A DNA stretch of 64,000 bases from an uncultured Clostridium sp. (GCF_900547735.1 NZ_URHZ01000017.1:5679-69678); one strand, 5' to 3'; shown: positions 32,153 to 42,085, counted from the first letter of the stretch. Notes: generated by a model not told the origin, from the letters alone. Translations and numbers: made by a program.

Positions 32153-32971
32153 ATGGTGAAGAGAAACCTATTAAAAGGTGTGACGGAGCTGCATGTCCAT
32201 CCATCACCCGACATACAGCCGAGAAAATTCACGGATTTGGAACTGGCGGAGCAGATGAAGGCGTCGGAAGCAGCGGCCGTCGTGCTGAAATCCCATACGT
32301 TTCCTACGATGGCGCGGGCGGAAGCCGCGTCGAGAGCGGCCGGTTTTCCCGTGTTCGGTTCCATCACCCTGAATGATGAAGTAGGGGGATTCAATCCGGC
32401 GGCGGTGGAGACGGCCCTGAATCTGGGGGCTAAAACGGTATGGATGCCCACGAAGAGTGCAGAGAACCACAGAAAATATTTTAATCTGCCGGGCGGTTTG
32501 AATGCTTTGGAAGGGGGAAGGGTGAGGGACGAACTGGAATCCATCCTGCGCATGATTGCAGACAGGGATGTCATCCTGTCCACGGGGCACCTGTCATTTC
32601 AGGAGCAGAGAGCCGTCATTGCAAGGGCCAGGGAGCTGGGGGTCAAGAAAATCGTGATTGATCACCCGGAACTGTCTCTGACAAGGCTCACTGTCCCGGA
32701 ACAGAAATATCTTCAGGAATACGGCGTCTACTTCCTGCGCTGCGCGGTATATCTGGATTTAAGCCGGTCGTACGGGGATGTGTTTTATAACCTTTCGGAG
32801 CTTGGATGTTCCGATACGGTGCTCTCTACGGATGGCGGCAACATCGGACTTCCGGACTGGCCGAAACTGATGGAGGAATATCTCCAGTATCTTCTCAGCC
32901 ATGGGGTTACGGAGGAAGAGCTGAATCTGATGACAAAGGACAATCCTGCAAACCTGCTGAATCTGGTATAA
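32153..32971 (+). CDS. Amidohydrolase/PHP-like TIM-barrel metalloprotein (DUF6282-like)
   Basis: LHVH.SPD, LKSH, VWMPT, TGH, IDHP, STDGG, NPANLL. Confidence 0.7.
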   Translation: MVKRNLLKGVTELHVHPSPDIQPRKFTDLELAEQMKASEAAAVVLKSHTFPTMARAEAASRAAGFPVFGSITLNDEVGGFNPAAVETALNLGAKTVWMPTKSAENHRKYFNLPGGLNALEGGRVRDELESILRMIADRDVILSTGHLSFQEQRAVIARARELGVKKIVIDHPELSLTRLTVPEQKYLQEYGVYFLRCAVYLDLSRSYGDVFYNLSELGCSDTVLSTDGGNIGLPDWPKLMEEYLQYLLSHGVTEEELNLMTKDNPANLLNLV

Positions 32972-33106
32972 TAAAATAATGGTGATACAACGAAAGGTAT
33001 GGCAGTGATCTTTTCGTTGGTGATCAGTAAAAGAGGCAAGGCATCCATGAACCTTAAAAACGGTTTACGGGATGCCCTGCCTTTCCGTGTGGGGAGGGAG
33101 CAAGTT

Positions 33107-34021
33107 ATGACATTAAAGGAATTGAAATATATCGTGGCAATCGCGGAAGAAAACAGCATTTCCCGCGCGTCCGAAAGACTGTATGTATCGCAGCCGTATC
33201 TCAGCCAGTGCCTGATGCGGATTGAACGCCAGCATGATATGCCTCTTTTTAAGAGGACTCAGAACGGCCTTGTCCTGACTTTTGCAGGGGAACAGTATGT
33301 GGAAACGGCAAGAAAGATTATGAAACTCTATAATGACTTTGAAACTGGACTGTGCGAGATCAGCAATATGAGAAAGGGGCGCCTGACCATCGGCTCAACC
33401 ATTCATCTGGGTTCCATTGCCTTTTCCACAATTCTGCCGATTTTCAGGGAACTGTATCCCAATATTGAGATTCGGATCAGGGAGGGGCCGTCACAAAAAA
33501 TAGAGGAATACATAATGGCTTCAAAGGTGGATATCGGGCTGCTCCACTGTCCTCTGAAGGACGAAGCCATCTCCTGCGTCCCAATCTGTGAGAATAATTT
33601 TGTGGCCGTGCTGCCGAAAGACAGCCTTCTGCGGGAGCATTTTTATGAAAAGAAGGAGAGCTCGTTTCCGTTCATCGATCCCAGGCGGTTTGCAGGGGAA
33701 AAGTTTGTTCTGGCTTATCCCTATCAGCGGGTCAGGCAGATTTCGGATCAGATCCTCGCCGCGGCGGGGATTAAACCCGCCGCGTATTTGGAGACCAGCA
33801 GCGTCCAGACCGCGATGTGCCTGTCCTCTGTGGGACTCGGGATTTCCTTTATGCCGGAAAACTATATTGCCCTGTTCAACTGCCCGGTGGAACCCCAGTT
33901 CTGCCGGATGGAGGAGGAATTTGGGGCAAAATGGACGATGGGGGTGGCCTATGATTCCAGGGATACGCTGAGTGGGCCGGCGAAGGAGTTTATCAGGATT
34001 ATGAAGGCGAATATGGGGTAG
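33107..34021 (+). CDS. LysR family regulator
   Basis: ELKYIVAIAEENSISRASERLYVSQPYLS; GGAGGGAG SD before ATG 33107. Confidence 0.93.
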   Translation: MTLKELKYIVAIAEENSISRASERLYVSQPYLSQCLMRIERQHDMPLFKRTQNGLVLTFAGEQYVETARKIMKLYNDFETGLCEISNMRKGRLTIGSTIHLGSIAFSTILPIFRELYPNIEIRIREGPSQKIEEYIMASKVDIGLLHCPLKDEAISCVPICENNFVAVLPKDSLLREHFYEKKESSFPFIDPRRFAGEKFVLAYPYQRVRQISDQILAAAGIKPAAYLETSSVQTAMCLSSVGLGISFMPENYIALFNCPVEPQFCRMEEEFGAKWTMGVAYDSRDTLSGPAKEFIRIMKANMG

Positions 34022-34224
34022 ATGGAAAAATGCAAAGTTGACTTTCTGGTATAAACCGCACTTAATCTCAGGTACAGGTAGACTTTGAAATTGAAGCATA
34101 ACTCGATATTCTTTAATAAATATTTTTTATCCTTATTTTCCCATATTGACTTATCAGATAAACCTTGCAATTTCTACCCTGTCCTCGTATAATTTTACCT
34201 GAAAGAAAGGGAGGAACTGATGCC

Positions 34225-35160
34225 ATGAATTTCCTTAATCTGGAATATTTTATTGTGACTGCGGAAGAGATGAACTTCACGAAGGCAGCAAAACGGTTAT
34301 TTATATCCCAACAGTCGCTCAGCAATCATATTGCAAAGCTGGAAGACTGCTTCGGTGTTCAGCTTTTTGATAGAAGCGCACCGCTTACTCTTACGCTGGC
34401 AGGGCAGAGTCTGTTAAAAAATGCAAGAAAGATTCTGGCGGATAAAAAAGAAGCGGAGCTGGAACTTCAGGATATCAAAGATTTTAAGAATGCTACGCTA
34501 ACTATCGGTGTTCCAATTACGCGTGGAGCATTTATCCTGCCTCCGCTGCTGATACAATTTAAAAAGGATTTTCCGCAGGTGAAGGTGTTGGTGGTAGAAG
34601 GTACATCCAATATGATAACGGAAGCTCTTTATGAGGGACGCGTTGATTTTACCATTGGATTTGAACTTGATGATGAAGAGAAAATCACAACCGAAATACT
34701 TCAGGAGGAGCATACACTGATAGTTGTTCCGGACAACATAATGAAAGAATATATTCCAGAAAACGAGAGGGAGAGGATCCTTGCTCAGAAATTTCTTCCA
34801 TTACAGGAATTTGCCCATTGTCCACTGATTAAAATGAATCATTGCAGCTGGATTGGTGGAATGTTTGAACGAATTTGTGACGAAGAAGGCATATGCGGTA
34901 ATATTGTTTTTGAGACAGCAAATGTTACTACCATGGTGTCCATGTGTGCAGCCGGTTTGGGTGTGATTTTGTGTCCGAGTATCTTTGTGGAAGAAGCGAA
35001 CCTCGCTTTGAGCTATAAGGGGCGCGTTAATATTCATAAATTTATTCTTGATTTTCCCAATGCCCATAAAATGATCGCAATTAATTATTTGAAAAATAAA
35101 TATCAAACGAAAGCCGCCCATAAATTTATTGCAATGACAAAGAAAATGATGAAAAAATAA
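34225..35160 (+). CDS. LysR family regulator, paralog of 24570-25505
   Basis: MNFLNLEYF..AEEMNFTKAAKRLFISQQSLS; GGAGG SD. Confidence 0.93.
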   Translation: MNFLNLEYFIVTAEEMNFTKAAKRLFISQQSLSNHIAKLEDCFGVQLFDRSAPLTLTLAGQSLLKNARKILADKKEAELELQDIKDFKNATLTIGVPITRGAFILPPLLIQFKKDFPQVKVLVVEGTSNMITEALYEGRVDFTIGFELDDEEKITTEILQEEHTLIVVPDNIMKEYIPENERERILAQKFLPLQEFAHCPLIKMNHCSWIGGMFERICDEEGICGNIVFETANVTTMVSMCAAGLGVILCPSIFVEEANLALSYKGRVNIHKFILDFPNAHKMIAINYLKNKYQTKAAHKFIAMTKKMMKK

Positions 35161-35182
35161 ATGAATTAAAGAAATACATAGG

Positions 35183-35235
35183 AGAATGCCGTAATGGTTC
35201 GGGAATTATGCGCCCGGAACATTACGGCATTCTTT
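35183..35235. terminator. Bidirectional terminator
   Basis: AGAATGCCGTAATG...CATTACGGCATTCT between convergent genes. Confidence 0.75.
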
Positions 35236-35251
35236 AATGGATTGATGATTT

Positions 35252-36283
35252 TTATATGTAACAGGAAAAATTTAGTTTCTCCAGACATGGTCCCATGGAC
35301 AAATAGTCGGTTTCCATATATAGACTGATAATCTGAACCAGGGTATAAAGGCAGGGAGTTTCTATGCCGAGTTTTTTTCCAAGATGTATGTATGGAACGA
35401 GCCCGTAGGGAAGATCTTCAGAAAGATAACGGTGCTCCAGAGTAGTAGGGCCTTTTGTGACAGAATAGGCTGCCGTGTTGTGAAATACATCATATAGATT
35501 TTTCTGCTTTTGTGGCCAGAATGCATTTAACATTTCTAACTGAGTTGGAGCCTCAATTCCACAGGCGCGTACCACATTTACCCGTTCCTGATCAATTTTT
35601 TCCATGAAACGGGTGACTCGTGGCGTGGCTCCTGTCCCAAAAAGCAGGAAATCCTCACCGTTTTCCATACGGGTAAGATTAAAAAGCGCGAGAGGACCAT
35701 GGGAGATAGGGTTAGAGTTATTTAGCGAGGTATACAGCACGCTGGGAGCGGGATAAAGCTGTGGAAAAAGTGGATGTAAATATTCCAGTAAACTTTGGTT
35801 TTTTGTGGGATCCGTGCAGGAAAATGAAATTTGCTTTTTGATAGTCTTCAGATAAATAGAATCAGGGGTCGGCGAATTACATAAGATCAGCTGCCCATTG
35901 GTCTCGGAGATAATACAGTCTTTGATGGCTGCCTCTTTCCCCAATTCCTGTTCAAACTCAACAGCACCCCAACAGCCATTTGTGATTAAGATGTTCTGGC
36001 CGGGTTCCAATAAACCTTGGAGAGCAGCAGCAAGGGGGCGATGTCCGGAAGCGACTGTACACACCAGAATTAAGTCACTTCCTTTTACGGCCATAGAGAG
36101 GGCTGTAGTAGCTGGAATATGGAATAATCCTTCGATGCAGCCGGTTGCGGTAATTCCTTTTTCTGTGATTGGTTCCAGTCTGGAAGGAGAGCGGTCATAG
36201 AGAATAACTTGATGACCATGTTGGGTCAAAAATACAGCATTTGCCTTACCGGTGTTACCGGCACCCAGTATTGTAATTTTCAT
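35252..36283 (-). CDS. NAD(P)-dependent opine (octopine/nopaline) dehydrogenase family protein
   Basis: GAGNTG Rossmann; SLNNSNPISH, IDQERVNV, KGP...HRYLSEDLPYGL. Confidence 0.9.
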   Translation of the reverse strand: MKITILGAGNTGKANAVFLTQHGHQVILYDRSPSRLEPITEKGITATGCIEGLFHIPATTALSMAVKGSDLILVCTVASGHRPLAAALQGLLEPGQNILITNGCWGAVEFEQELGKEAAIKDCIISETNGQLILCNSPTPDSIYLKTIKKQISFSCTDPTKNQSLLEYLHPLFPQLYPAPSVLYTSLNNSNPISHGPLALFNLTRMENGEDFLLFGTGATPRVTRFMEKIDQERVNVVRACGIEAPTQLEMLNAFWPQKQKNLYDVFHNTAAYSVTKGPTTLEHRYLSEDLPYGLVPYIHLGKKLGIETPCLYTLVQIISLYMETDYLSMGPCLEKLNFSCYI

Positions 36284-36521
36284 ATTTCTTCACATCCTTT
36301 GTTTTTTTAGTGATTTTAACATATAATTTGGTATTTTTCAAACAAATTACATAAAAAGTATGATTTAACAGCCAAAAGGCTGTGGCTGTATCGTGGAAAG
36401 CTGTTGGACGATAAGGGGCAAAACACTGTAAAATTTTACTATAGATTTGGGGGCGCGCCAGTAGTCTATACGTCAAAAATGACAAAGATGTCTGCGTATG
36501 AGAAAGGATGGGAAGGTAAAA

Positions 36522-38048
36522 ATGGGAGAGAAAAAAGTAAAACGAAGTCCGTTGGAAGGCTTTTTGCACGGCATAGAAGTAATGGGTAATAAAATTCCAA
36601 ATCCAATGCTGTTATTTATATATTTGTGCATTGGTGTAGTTGCAATTTCTGCGATATGTTCCATTTTTCATGTCAGTGCGATTAATCCGGTTAATAACGA
36701 GGTGGTAGAGGTTGTTAATCTGTTCAGCCGCGAAGGATTCGTAAAAATGCTCACCACGTTTGTTACCAACTTTACCGGCACCTCTGCCTTGGGTCTGACA
36801 TTGACCTGTATGCTCGGTGTAGGTGTAGCAGAAGCTTCGGGCCTGTTTCATGTGGCACTTCGGGGACTTGCCAACACAAAGGGTTCCGACCTGAAAGTAA
36901 TAGTAATCTTTACATTTGTCTGCGTTATGGCAGATTGCACCGGCGGTGCAGGATTTGTTGTAATGCCACCTCTGGGAGCGCTTATCTGGGCAGCAATGGG
37001 ACGTAACCCAATGGCCGGTATGCTGGCCGCCTATGCTTCTGTATCAGGTGCGTTTGCATCTAACCTGATGATTACATCAATGGATGTAGTAAATATGGGG
37101 TATACCGAAGCGGCAGCTCAGCTGCTGGTTCCGGACATTGCACTCAGTCCATCCATGAACTGGTATTTTTCAGCAGTTTCAGTTATTTTTCTAACTATTT
37201 TTTCAGCGGTAATTACAGTGAAACTGGTAGAACCGCGTATGGGATGCTATACAGGTGATTACAGGGAAGAAGCACAGGAACAGGGTGCATATGATAAAAA
37301 GGGCCTGAAGGCAGCTGTAATTGCATTTATAGCGTATGTAGCCATTATTATTATTCTTTCCGCAACAGGAGTTCTGGCAGATGAAACAGGGTCACTTTTG
37401 AATTCTGGAGCTCCGCTGATGAAGGGAATGACGGTTCTTATTGCACTGATGTTTGCTATTCCGGGTGTTGCCTTTGGTTATGCTTCAAAACGTTTTACTA
37501 AATTTGACGATGTAGCGGCTGCAATGACAAGCGCTATGGCCGGTATGGCGGGGTATATTGCGTTATTCTACTTTATCGCACAGTTCCTCAAATATTTTGA
37601 CTGGTCCAACCTGGGACTGATCTTAGCTATTAACGGTGCAAATATGCTTGAATCTTCAGGGCTTCCAATTTGGGTTGTATTGATATTATTTGTCATTATG
37701 TGCTGCTTCCTGAATCTTTTAATTGGGTCTGCTTCCACCAAGTGGTCACTTCTTTCCAGTGTATTTGTTCCGATGTTTATGTTAATGGGATATTCACCGG
37801 CATTGGTACAGATGGCTTACAGAATCGGTGATGCGGTAAGTAATCCCATTTGTCCCACATTTGCTTATTTTGGTATGCTGCTGGCACTTGCTCAGAAGTA
37901 CGATAAAAAAGCCGGTTTTGGTACTCTGATGTCTAATATGATGCCTTACGTAATTGGCTATTTTATATTTATGGTTGCCGAACTGTTAATCTGGTTCTTC
38001 CTGGCATTACCGCTCGGACCTAACAGCTCGATTTTCTTTACAATGTAA
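36522..38048 (+). CDS. AbgT family transporter, paralog of 25615-27153
   Basis: IEVMGNKIPNP, GRNPMAG, SASTKW, YRIGDAVSN. Confidence 0.93.
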   Translation: MGEKKVKRSPLEGFLHGIEVMGNKIPNPMLLFIYLCIGVVAISAICSIFHVSAINPVNNEVVEVVNLFSREGFVKMLTTFVTNFTGTSALGLTLTCMLGVGVAEASGLFHVALRGLANTKGSDLKVIVIFTFVCVMADCTGGAGFVVMPPLGALIWAAMGRNPMAGMLAAYASVSGAFASNLMITSMDVVNMGYTEAAAQLLVPDIALSPSMNWYFSAVSVIFLTIFSAVITVKLVEPRMGCYTGDYREEAQEQGAYDKKGLKAAVIAFIAYVAIIIILSATGVLADETGSLLNSGAPLMKGMTVLIALMFAIPGVAFGYASKRFTKFDDVAAAMTSAMAGMAGYIALFYFIAQFLKYFDWSNLGLILAINGANMLESSGLPIWVVLILFVIMCCFLNLLIGSASTKWSLLSSVFVPMFMLMGYSPALVQMAYRIGDAVSNPICPTFAYFGMLLALAQKYDKKAGFGTLMSNMMPYVIGYFIFMVAELLIWFFLALPLGPNSSIFFTM

Positions 38049-38063
38049 TCAGGGGGTTTTAGT

Positions 38064-39272
38064 ATGAATGTTTTAGATGAGAAGCGCTCCAGTAGAGAGC
38101 TTAGAGAATATGTGAAACAGAGAATTGACCGTATGCGTATGGCAATGCAGACAAAAGGGGTAAATGTAACCATTATGATGCGGCCGGAAAATGTGTTTTA
38201 CTTCAGCAATTTTAATCCGATCATTATCAGCCATGTTCCTTATTTTGTCATTACAGAAGAGGATGCATTTCTTCTGGTTCATTGCATACGGCACGATCAC
38301 GCTGTTAATGAGGGCGCGGTAGATAAGGTTCTTTGCTATGGAAAATGGGGGGCAACACAGTCAATTGCCATGGATGCGCTGGACGCCTTACGGGAAATTT
38401 TGGGAGATACGCCGTTAACGGTAGGCGTTGAAGGCGATTATGCCAACATGAATTTTCTGAAACAGCTTCAACAAAAACTGCAGGTTAAATCCTACGTTGA
38501 CATAGCTCAGGATGCCCTCGATCTTCGTTTGATTAAGGATTCCCATGAAATCAGTATGTGCCGCATTTCAGGAGAGCTGGTTGACCTTGGTGTAACCAGA
38601 GCCATAGAAGCGTTGGAAGCAGGGGCAAGTGAAGCGCAGGCTGCTACAGAAGGACAGTATGCCATGAGGAACCGCTGGCATGAAAAATATCAGAAATATG
38701 AGGTGTCCGGTTTCTCCAATTCAGAGACAGCTGATATAGATACTTTTGTAGTATGGTGCATGTCCAATGAACGCCTCAATTATGGCTGTGATTGTCCCTC
38801 GGGCTATGTACCAATGCCGGGTGACTTGACCATGCCGATGAGCTGGGCCAGAATCGGTGGATATAATGTGGAGAATGAAAGAACGGTAATAGTGGGCTAT
38901 GTTAACGAAGAGCGTACCAGGGCCTACGATGCTATGCTGAGAGCTCGGAGCAAAATTTTTAATATGCTTCGCCCGGGAACTATTTTTGAAGAACTGTATT
39001 TTACCGCAATGAAAGAATATGAAGACGCCGGGTTTGGTAACATCTTACCGGGCCGTTGCGGTCATGGAATGGGATTATCCACTCACGAGTTTCCTTCTGT
39101 GACGAAAGGTAATAAAAAAGAACTTGCACCAGGAATGATTTTAACCGTAGAGCCGGGACTTATGAGCGCGGATCTGGGGGCTGTCAGGAACAGCGACACG
39201 GTCCTCATTACAGAGGATGGATTTGAGTTCCTGACGCATTCCAAAAGAGATAAAATTATTATAAAAGCATAA
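38064..39272 (+). CDS. M24 (prolidase/creatinase fold) enzyme with atypical active site
   Basis: ENVFYFSNF, GYNVENERT, GHGMG..HEFP, VEPG, RNSDTVLIT. Confidence 0.88.
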   Translation: MNVLDEKRSSRELREYVKQRIDRMRMAMQTKGVNVTIMMRPENVFYFSNFNPIIISHVPYFVITEEDAFLLVHCIRHDHAVNEGAVDKVLCYGKWGATQSIAMDALDALREILGDTPLTVGVEGDYANMNFLKQLQQKLQVKSYVDIAQDALDLRLIKDSHEISMCRISGELVDLGVTRAIEALEAGASEAQAATEGQYAMRNRWHEKYQKYEVSGFSNSETADIDTFVVWCMSNERLNYGCDCPSGYVPMPGDLTMPMSWARIGGYNVENERTVIVGYVNEERTRAYDAMLRARSKIFNMLRPGTIFEELYFTAMKEYEDAGFGNILPGRCGHGMGLSTHEFPSVTKGNKKELAPGMILTVEPGLMSADLGAVRNSDTVLITEDGFEFLTHSKRDKIIIKA

Positions 39273-39322
39273 GAGAAAAGGAGGGGAGGCGGTAGCCGAA
39301 CCTCCCAAAGGGGTGAAGTAAT

Positions 39323-40324
39323 ATGACAAAAAAAGAACGTATACAGGCAGCGATTCGAGGAGAAAAACCGGATAAACTTCCATATTCTTTCTGGAGCCAT
39401 ATGCCGGGAACCGATCTGGATCCGGAAGCCATTGCACAGAAAACTTATGAATTTTATAAGACCTATGACTTCGATTTCGTCAAAACAATGAATAATGGAA
39501 TGTATGCTGTTGAAGACTTTGGATGTACAATCGACTATTCAGAAATTGCAAAGGGCGGTGTAGCCAAACTGGTCAGCTCTCCGGTTCATTGTGCGGATGA
39601 CTGGAAAAAGCTTAAAGTATGTTCATGTGATAAAGGCAGCAATGCCAGAGAACTGCGGCATCTTAAACTGGTGCTTGATAAGCTGTCAGGTGAAGAGGTG
39701 CCTGTAATTTTTACAGTTTTTACACCAATCACAATAGCCGATAAAATATGTGGGGGGGAATTGACAGAATACCTGGAGGGCGGCTATGGCGAGGAAGTAA
39801 AATCTGCTCTGGAAGTTATCACAGAAACCACCTGCCAACTGGCGGAGGCGGCCATTTCACAAGGGGCCGATGGAATCTTTTTGGCATCTCAGATGAGTTC
39901 CTATGACAAGTGTACAGTTAGACAGTATGCGGAGTTTGGAAAGCCTTATGATTTACGTGTTTTAGAAGCGGCAAAAAAAGGATGGATGAATACGCTCCAT
40001 TGCCATGGCAACGATATTATGTTTGAATTGTTGAAGGACTACCCGGTTCAGATATTTAACTGGCATGCATGGGAAACATTGCCGGATTTGGAAGAGGCCT
40101 ATATGCTCACTGGAAAATGTCTGATGGGTGGACTGAATCGTACAGATATTACTAAAAAGAATAAAGGCGCAATTCAAAATCAGATTTTCCAATGTTTTAA
40201 AGAGCTGGGCGGACTGCACCAGATTTTAACCCCCGGATGTGTCATCCGTTATCCTTTGGATGATGAAATGCTTGCTTTTATAGGAAAAACTAGGAATGAG
40301 ATAGAGCTGGCCTTTGAAAAATAG
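39323..40324 (+). CDS. Uroporphyrinogen decarboxylase / MtaA-CmuA superfamily protein (not HemE)
   Basis: MTKKERIQAAIRGEKPD start, GADGIF, LHCHG, MGG, ILTPGC; lacks the HemE RQAGRY motif. Confidence 0.8.
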   Translation: MTKKERIQAAIRGEKPDKLPYSFWSHMPGTDLDPEAIAQKTYEFYKTYDFDFVKTMNNGMYAVEDFGCTIDYSEIAKGGVAKLVSSPVHCADDWKKLKVCSCDKGSNARELRHLKLVLDKLSGEEVPVIFTVFTPITIADKICGGELTEYLEGGYGEEVKSALEVITETTCQLAEAAISQGADGIFLASQMSSYDKCTVRQYAEFGKPYDLRVLEAAKKGWMNTLHCHGNDIMFELLKDYPVQIFNWHAWETLPDLEEAYMLTGKCLMGGLNRTDITKKNKGAIQNQIFQCFKELGGLHQILTPGCVIRYPLDDEMLAFIGKTRNEIELAFEK

Positions 40325-40382
40325 AGGATAAAAAATGTTTTATTCTGGGCGGCGAAAAAATGTAACGAGAGAAGAGACAGAA

Positions 40383-41693
40383 ATGGACAAAAAACTGTAT
40401 CAGAACCATTTGGATATTTTGAAAGAAGAGCTTTTAGTCGCTCTGGGCTGCACAGAACCGATTGCTATTGCCTATGCAGGCGCCAAGGCGAGACAGGTAC
40501 TGGGAGAAGAACCGGATGAATGTCATGTTCAGTGCAGCGGTAATATCATTAAAAATGTAAAAGGTGTTATTGTGCCTAATTCCGATGGAATGCGTGGGAT
40601 GGACGTGGCGGCGATACTCGGAATCGTTGGAGGAAATCCCGAGCGTGAACTGGCCGTACTGGAAGGTATCACTCAGAGCCATATTGAAAAAACCAGGGAA
40701 CTTTTAAAAAACGGTTTCTGCAGATGCAGCCTTATTGAAGGAGTAGACAACCTTTATATTATCGTGGAAGTGAGAAATAAGGAGCATTCTGCCATAGTAG
40801 AACTTCAAAAACATCACAACAATATCACCAGGATTGTGAAGGACGGTAACATTCTCTTTGAAAAAGAAAGTGAAGTCCAACGAGAGGAAGAATCCAGAAC
40901 CGACAGGATGCTGTTATCTGTAGAAAATATTTTACAGTTTGCAGAAGAAGTGAAAATTTCAGATGTGGAAGAAATACTGTCTCGCCAGATTTCTTATAAT
41001 ATGGCTATTTCTGAAGAAGGGCTGAAAGGCTCCTACGGAGTGGAAACGGGACAAATTCTCATGCACAACGCAGCCTTTACATATGGAAGCAATAATGTAC
41101 GACTTCGTGCAAGAGCAGCGGCGGCGGCAGGCAGTGATGCCAGAATGAGTGGGTGTTCTCTTCCTGTTGTAATTAACAGTGGAAGCGGAAACCAGGGTAT
41201 TACAGTGACTATGCCTATCGTGATTTATGCAAAAGAACTGGATGTTCAAGATGAGATATTGATGAGAGCTATGGTGATTGGAAATCTGCTCAGTGTGCAT
41301 CAAAAAAAATATATTGGAAGTTTGAGCGCCTATTGCGGAGCTACCAGTGCTGCCACCGGAGCGGCCTGTGGGATTGGATATATGATGTTAAAGAAGAGGA
41401 GGGAAGATTCCAGAATTTATCAGGTTTTGTGCGATACGATTACCAACAGTATAGAGACATTAGGAGGAATGGTCTGTGATGGAGCGAAGGCCAGTTGTGC
41501 CGCCAAAATTGGTTTAGCGGTAGAAAATGCTTTAATGGCACTGGAACTCAGTCTCGCGGGAAATGTCTTTAAACCTGGAGAAGGAATGACAATGGAGAAT
41601 CCGGAGGATACAATAGCAGCCGTAGGGCGAATGGGCCGGGTAGGAATGAAGGGGACAGATATTGAAATATTGAATATTATGTTAGGAAATTAA
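40383..41693 (+). CDS. L-cysteine desulfidase-like Fe-S protein (UPF0597 / CyuA-YhaM family)
   Basis: ALGCTEPIAIA, SDARMSGC, SGSGNQG, LSAYCG, GMVCDGAKASCAAK. Confidence 0.87.
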   Translation: MDKKLYQNHLDILKEELLVALGCTEPIAIAYAGAKARQVLGEEPDECHVQCSGNIIKNVKGVIVPNSDGMRGMDVAAILGIVGGNPERELAVLEGITQSHIEKTRELLKNGFCRCSLIEGVDNLYIIVEVRNKEHSAIVELQKHHNNITRIVKDGNILFEKESEVQREEESRTDRMLLSVENILQFAEEVKISDVEEILSRQISYNMAISEEGLKGSYGVETGQILMHNAAFTYGSNNVRLRARAAAAAGSDARMSGCSLPVVINSGSGNQGITVTMPIVIYAKELDVQDEILMRAMVIGNLLSVHQKKYIGSLSAYCGATSAATGAACGIGYMMLKKRREDSRIYQVLCDTITNSIETLGGMVCDGAKASCAAKIGLAVENALMALELSLAGNVFKPGEGMTMENPEDTIAAVGRMGRVGMKGTDIEILNIMLGN

Positions 41694-42085
41694 AAGTCGT
41701 TAGCAGAAAATTAAAAGTCTGTAACAGGTCGGTTTCCCTTAATTAAAAATGGAATTATGTTATTTGAAAGCGCTTTTCATATTGCAGTAAAAGCATACAT
41801 CCCATATAATCCAAATGAGAAGAAGCGTCCAGCCGGGCAGTAAAACCGGCTTGGCACTTCTTCTTTTGTGTCCTGTTTCTAAGCATAATGGGATATCGTA
41901 GAAGATAGAGAATGACGCTGGGACGATCGCTGGTCTGTTCTATTTCTTCATGACAGAATGGCATTGCCGCGACAATACCATCCTCATACCCCGTCTGTTA
42001 TCCGACAAAGGCGTTCTTTCATATCAACTCTTCCCCATATTATACTGACCCATCACCACCAATCAACATAATTTTCAGAAATTTC

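Noticed and set aside
39323..40324. Call as hemE or a corrinoid methyltransferase
   Set aside because: No HemE RQAGRY motif, and no corrinoid protein or activator nearby.
41755..41964. 69-aa minus-strand ORF as an intact gene
   Set aside because: No convincing SD or family motif; at most a decayed remnant at the edge of the AT-rich block.
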